Below, piece after piece: positions 1 to 64,000 of a stretch of 64,000 bases of DNA (its first letter is position 1; each line of letters opens with the position of its first letter). Source of the DNA: the human T2T-CHM13v2.0 reference genome, Homo sapiens; NCBI RefSeq assembly GCF_009914755.1, contig NC_060938.1; one strand, 5' to 3'. The translations under genes were made by a program, and so were the position numbers. The notes beneath the pieces were generated by a model, which saw only the letters and a list, made by a program, of their open reading frames with translations, was not told the origin of the DNA and did not search any database.

Positions 1-660
1 CGCCCAGCCCTGCTTTCATTTCTCTTGGGTAAATACCTAGAAGTGAACTGACTGGATCACTGGATAGTATATTTCGCCTTTTAAGAAACTATGAAGTTTT
101 CCAAGGAAGTGCACCACATTCCTTATATTAACAGTATATGATGGTTTAAGTTGGTATGTATCTTTGCCAGAATTTTTCTCATTTTAGCCATTCTAATTAA
201 GGTGTACAGTGATACCTTGTTGTAGTTTTAATTCTGACAACTAAATTTTAATTATTTCTTAAAGTTACTAAGAAATTGTTATCTATTAACGACCACATTT
301 GGCTGGGAACAGTGGCTCACAACTATAATCCCAACACCTTGGGAGGCCGAGGCGGGTGGATAACTTGAGCCCAGGAGTTTGCAACATAGTGAGACACTTG
401 TCTCTGCAAAAAATTAAAACAAAAAACAACCACATTTGATAATTTAAAGTCTTCAAAAGTGAGTATTTTAGCACTGCCCATCCAATGTAAATAGTTTATA
501 AGATATAATTTGATATGAACAGTGTATTTATAAGTACCTAAGAATTCAAAGTTAAAGGGTTATAGATAATTTAATAAAAATTATCAGCATCAGTGATCAG
601 GTGGGAATTTTGTGTACAATATCTCAATTCACAAATTAACATTGAATTTGCATTATCTGA

Positions 661-942
<282 letters not shown>

Positions 943-2142
943 TGATCCACCCGCCTAAGCCTCCCAAAGTGCTGGGATTACAGGTGTGAGCCACCGCACC
1001 TGGCCTCGTGTTAACTTTTTTAAAAGACAAGGTCTTACTCTGTTGTCCAGGCAACAGTATACAGTGGCAATCACGGCTCACTGCAGCTTTGAACTCCTGG
1101 GCTCAAGCAATCCTCCTGTGTCAGCCTCCCCTGGGACTACGGGAACACACCACCATGGCCTAGCTAATTTTCAAAATATTTTGTAGACATAGAATGTCAT
1201 TTTGTTGCCTAGGCTGGTCTTGAACTCCTGGCCTCATGTGATTTTCCCACACTGGCCTCCCTAAGTGTTGGGATCACAGGCATAAGTCACAGTACCCAGC
1301 CAAAAAAACTTTTTGAGGCCAGGCGGGATGGTTCACGCCTGTAATCCTAGCACATTGGGAGGCTGAGGCTGGTGGATCACTTAAGGTAAGGAGTTCGAGA
1401 CCAGCTTGGCCAACATGGTGAAACCCCGTATCTACTAAAAATACAAAAATTATCCAGGCATGGTGGCAAGTGCCTGTAGTCCCAGCTACTCAGGACGCGG
1501 AGGCAGGAGAATGGCTTGAACCCAGCAGGCAGAGGTTGCCATAACCCAAGATCATGCCACTGCACTCCAGCCTGGGCAACAGGGCGAGACTCTGCCTTAA
1601 AAAAAAAACAAATTGTTTTTGGTTAGTGTTTTAGTCTTGCACACAGCTTTTTTTTTTTAATTAATTAATTTATTTTTTTCGAGACGGAGTCTCGCTTTGT
1701 CGCCCAGGCTGGAATGCAATGGCGCGGTCTCGGCTCACTGCTACCTACCTCCCTCTCCTGGGTTCAAACAATTCTCCTGCCTCAGCCTCTGGAGTAGCTG
1801 TGATTACAGGTGCCTGCTACCATGCCTGGCTAATTTTTGTATTTTTAGTAGAGACGGGGTTTCACTATGTTGGCCAGGCTGCTCTCGAACTGCTGACCTT
1901 GTGATCCACCCTCCTCAGCCTCTCAAAGTGCTGGGATTACAGGCATGAGCCACTGCGCCCAGGAGCACATGGCCTTTTAAAAGGAAACATGAGTTGCCTT
2001 ATAAAAAAGCGTATTTTTGTTTTATGGCACTCTCATGCTCAATGGAGGACTTGCATAGACCAAATAGAAATCCTTTTGCGGCCGGGTGTGGTAGCTCATG
2101 CCTGTAATCCCAGCACTTTGGGAGGCCGAGGTGGGGGGATCA

Positions 2143-2406
<264 letters not shown>

Positions 2407-2624
2407 TCATGCCTGTTAATTCCAGCACTTTGGGAGGCCAAGGCATGCAGATCACCTGAGGTCAGGAGTTCGAGACCAGCCTGGCCAACATAGGGAAATC
2501 CCGCCTCTACTAAAAATACGAAAACTAGCTGGGTGTGGTGGCACAAGCCTGTAATCCCAGCTACTCAGGAGGCTGAGGCAGGAAAACCGCTTGAACCCAG
2601 AAGGAAGAGGTTACAGTTGGGTGA

Positions 2625-3189
<565 letters not shown>

Positions 3190-3192
3190 TAG

Positions 3193-3387
<195 letters not shown>

Positions 3388-3779
3388 TAATTTTTGTATT
3401 TTTAGTAGAGACAGGGTTTCATCATGCTAGCCAGGCTGGTCTTGAACTCCTGACGTCAGGTGATCCTCTGGCCTCGGCCTCCCCAAGTGTTGGGATTACA
3501 GGCGTGAGCCACCACACCTGACCACAAATTCATTTTTTTAAAGTTCTAGATTATATCAGAAGTATAATAAAGAGGAAACTTTTATGTAGGGTTTCCCACA
3601 TGAAATATGTACAATTATACACATATATACAATTTCTAAAAGGAGAAATAGAATTCATATTTGAAAATATAATTTAAAATCATATAAAGGAGATAAATCA
3701 TCATTAACAATCTGAAGTCTAACAAACTCAAGAAATGGCTGTTTGTAAAATGGCTCATTTAAAAAAAGATTAAAATTAC

Positions 3780-58177
<54,398 letters not shown>

Positions 58178-58210
58178 CTCCCTGCTGCCGGAGGGAGCCG
58201 GCGGCCAGGA

Positions 58211-58263
58211 GCGGGGCGGGGCGGGGCGGAGGCGAAGGGGCGGGGCCTAAGGACGGCCCGCCC
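58211..58263. promoter_or_regulatory. Tandem GC boxes (Sp/KLF sites) just upstream of exon 1
   Basis: gcggggcggggcggggcgga...ggggcggggcc and an inverted cccgcccc copy; an NRF1-like GCGCAGGCGCGC lies at about 58164-58175. Confidence 0.75.
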
Positions 58264-58857
58264 CGTCCCCGGCGCTGGTCGCTCGAGTCCGTGAGCGAGG
58301 AAGGTTAACAGGGCCTTCTGCCCAAGGTCAAGGCACCGAAGTCGGGAGAGCCTGAAGACCCAGACCTCATGGCTGGGGGCACCTCGCAGCTGGCGGGCTC
58401 TGACCAGGGAAGGGCTAAAGGCCACCCAGGGAGCTCTCCAGTTCCCCTGCCCCGAGGGCTCCAGCGAAAAACGATGCAGGCGCCCTCCGGAAGCCATAAT
58501 ACATCATCTGGTCTTTGTATTATGCCACACGATAATTAATCACAATTAATATCATTTTGCCTATGGAAGTTGCTGGAAACAAGGACCTTCACACAGTCGG
58601 TAATCAGGGACTATAATCAAGCTTTTACCGCTGGCGAGGTAATAACTACCTCAGAGTTTGGGGCACTAATGGTTGCGAACTATAAAAATGAGCTGTTTTC
58701 ATTACAAAAATATTCCTTTCCTTTGTTAGAAGAAATTTCCCCACACCTACTCTAACTGTCCAGGTGGTTAGCATCACACGGGATCCACAGGCATTTCAAA
58801 CAACAGGAGAAAATCATACTTAATCCTAGAATCTACACGTTCCTGAGCTTGCATTCA

Positions 58858-59473
<616 letters not shown>

Positions 59474-59899
59474 TAGTAGGACAGGATTTCACCATGTTAG
59501 CCAGGAAGGTCTTGATCTCCTGACCTCATGATCCGCCCGCCTCGACCTCCCAAAGTGCTGGGATTACAGGTGTGAGCCACTGCGCCCAGCCCATACCTCT
59601 TTAATTAGTCCAATTTTTCCAGTTCTCACAGCAATTACCATCAACTCTCGTCTACACCTTTGCAATACTCTCCTGACTCCACTATTTTCCATCACTCTAT
59701 CCTATTTTACACACTGCTGCCAGTTTTCCTCCTAAAACACAGATATTGATGATTATGCTACTACCCTGTTCAGTAATCTTTACAAGCCCCCATTACATAA
59801 CGATTCAATTCCTCAGCCTACGATTTCAAGCCTTCTACATTTGAATCCCTCTCTACTCTGCCAGGCCCTCCATCCTATTTTATTGAAGTGAAGCTCTCA

Positions 59900-60262
<363 letters not shown>

Positions 60263-62040
60263 TCATAAGAACTTCTTGTAGCTTTCATTTTGTATGTAAG
60301 GAGAACTGAAGTATAGAGAGGTTAAGTTACTGCTCCAACAAAGGTTACTCTACGAAATGGGGGGCGGGGAAGGGACTTTATTTTTTGTCTTTTGTTTCTT
60401 GTTTCCCAGCACATTGTGGTGACTACTAAAGTAGTCTTTTTCACTGGGAGTCATGAGGCATCATGTGGTGTCATTGTAGTGTGATGAAGTGTCGGGAGGA
60501 ATGTTCCAGTAATTTGTTACCTACTAAAAGTGCCACTATTTCCTATTGGTTTGTTTTTAGATTAAAGGTAATGTCTGCAAAGCTCTTCCTAGGTGGAGAG
60601 AAAGGAGTGGAGCCACAATAAATGAGAGGGATTTACATACAACTGATAGGAAGGCCAAGTGCGTCCTTGTGGACAAAGGTTGAGAAGTGCCACAGAGAAC
60701 CACCTGAAATGCCTCCTATCATTAACCAAGAGTTTTAAATTTCAGCATTTAAATAAAGTCCAGCCTGGGCGTGGTGACTCACCCCTGTAATCCTAGCACA
60801 TTGGGAGGCTGTGGTGGGAAGACTGCTTGAGCCTAGGTGTTGAAGACCAGCCTGGGCAACATGGCAAAACCCTATCTTTACAAAAAATACAAAAATTAGC
60901 CGGGTATGGTGGCACACACCTGTGGTCCCTGCTACTTGGGAGGCTGAGGTGAGAGGATCACTTGATCCCAGGGAGGCTGAGGCTGCAGTGAGCCATATCG
61001 AACCACTGCACTCCAGCCTGGGCAACAGAGTGAGACCCTATCTAAAAAAAAAAAGAAAAAAAAATTAAACAAAGTCCAGAAACATTGTAATTCCCAAATG
61101 CCAAAACTTTAAAATCATTAGTTATGAAAAAAAGAGGTAGGATCTAAAATATAAGCAACTCAACTAAAATTATCAACAAAGGCATGGTAATTACTGCAGC
61201 CATAATTCATAGCTGAAAACTCACATGAGTACAGAACCCAATCTTGAAACGATAAACTTGTTAATTAATATCAGCGCTTTCCTTTCTGAGCAAAGGTCTC
61301 CAGCTATATTTTGTGAATGATAAAAAGGAATTGTCAGTAACTGATTCTAACAACTGTCAAAAGGCCAAGTTATAGAAATTAAGGAATTTCAGAAGAAAAG
61401 AAGTTAAGAAAAGTTTACATGACAGATTTTTCTGCTACTGATAAAATAAAGAAGATATTAAAGGTGAACCACTCTTCTAATATTTGTAACCAAATAATCA
61501 ATTTTTCATTTTGTTTTGATAGATTTCTATGAAATTATCTACTTCTATACAAATGTAATGAACTAATTATGCTGAATTGCTGTCTGATTACTTAATAGAT
61601 TTAGCTAAAGTAAAATGTTATGATTGTGAATAGTTAATAGTGTGCTTCAAAAACAAATGTATTGAAAGATTTTAGAGAAGAGTAAAATTTTAGAGAATAA
61701 TGAATGTTATTTTTAAATTTTAAAAATAAAAAATAGTATTTGCTTTCAACATTTTTGTCAAAAATCAAGGTTTTTCTAGAAAAAAATTTTAATATAAAAT
61801 GACAATTATTTAATTATAGAAGAAAAATGTTTAATTCCTTTCCTTTTATTATGTTCTGATCAAAGAAGATTTCACCAAAACATATTTTTGCCAATTTCTC
61901 ACTTCCTCAAATTCTAGAAGATCCCTTTTTGTTTTAGATAACCCGTGGATCCTAATTTTTTCCTCCTACTCCACAGGAGTTATGCTACAGCAAAATTCTC
62001 TATAGGAAGATTGCTGAACTCTGTTATTTCCAAGATGTGC

Positions 62041-62820
<780 letters not shown>

Positions 62821-63259
62821 CTATGGCTGGACGCAGTGGCTCACGCCTGTAATCCTAGCTGCTTGGGAGGCTGAGGCAGGAGGATCACTTGAGCCCAGGA
62901 GTTCAAGATCAGCCTGGGCAACAAAGTGAAACCGTGTCTCTACAAAAAATTAGCTGAGCATAATGGTGTGCGCCTGTAGTCCCAGCTACTCAGGAGCCTA
63001 AGGTGGGAGGATCACCTGAGCCCAGGAGGTTGAGGCTGCAGTGAACCTCGATCATACCACTGCACTCCTGCCTGGGTGACAGAGTGAGACCTTGTAATAG
63101 ATTTAGCTACATGAAAGTAAAATCTTGTGATTGCAAATAGTTAATAGTGTGTTTTAATAGCGTTTTCAATGCGTTTTAAGTGTTTTACTTAATAGTGTTT
63201 TAAATTTTTATTTATTTCAAAATAAATAAATGTGTTTTAAGTGTTTTACTTGTGTTTTA

Positions 63260-63454
<195 letters not shown>

Positions 63455-63767
63455 TTAGCCGGGCGTGGTGGCATGTGCCTTTAGCCCCAGCTACTTGGGA
63501 GGCTGAGGCAGAAGAATTGCTTGAACCCGGGAGGCAGAGGTTACAGTGAGCCAAGATCGCGCCACTGCACTCCACACTGGACGGCAGAGCAAGACTTCGT
63601 CTCAAAAAAAAAAAAAAAGAAAGAAAGAAAAAATTAACCAGGAGCGGTAGTCTCAGCTACTCAAGAGGATGAGACAGGAGGATCCCTTGAGCTCAGGAGT
63701 TTGAGATTATAGTGAGCTATGATCCTGCCACTGCACTCCAGCCTGGGTGACAGAGTGAGACCTGTCC

Positions 63768-63805
<38 letters not shown>

Positions 63806-64000
63806 TTTACCTCTGGGCCTGCGACTGGGGTTAGCCTCCCCAAACCAAAAGAAGAATGTCAGCCAGGCGTGGTGGCTCACACTTGTAATCCTAGCACTTT
63901 GGGAGGCCGAGGCGGGTGGATTGCCTGAGTTCAGGAGTTCAAGAACAGCCTGGGCAGCACAGTGAAACTCCATCTCTACTAAAATACAAAAAATTAGCTG

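Overview
Primate (apparently human) genomic DNA, by eye roughly half or more Alu sequence. The only protein-coding gene I can support is SNX6 (sorting nexin 6, PX-BAR retromer/ESCPE-1 subunit; human 14q13 from memory) on the minus strand. Its CpG-island promoter and exon 1 lie at about 58.1-58.3 kb, and coding exons 1-11 run down to 3780. All eleven have GT-AG boundaries and join into 921 nt (307 aa, MMEGLDDG...RESQAAK); the last exons lie left of the window. Introns and upstream DNA hold Alus (many nested or serial), old L1/L2/MIR fragments, MaLR LTRs and DNA-transposon fossils. Almost all ORFs in the supplied track are Alu artefacts. I found no foreign insert and no wholly new multi-gene system. 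The best leads are: (1) candidate cryptic, poison or micro-exons in Alu-free intron 5, at the junction just before the cargo-binding residues; (2) a candidate in-frame alternative first exon in the CpG island; (3) a distal branch point in intron 1 that doubles as a stop codon; (4) phase-0 exon blocks between inverted Alus that would give stop-free circRNAs; (5) several local templated duplications and template-switch scars. Repeat family names and boundaries are by eye and approximate.
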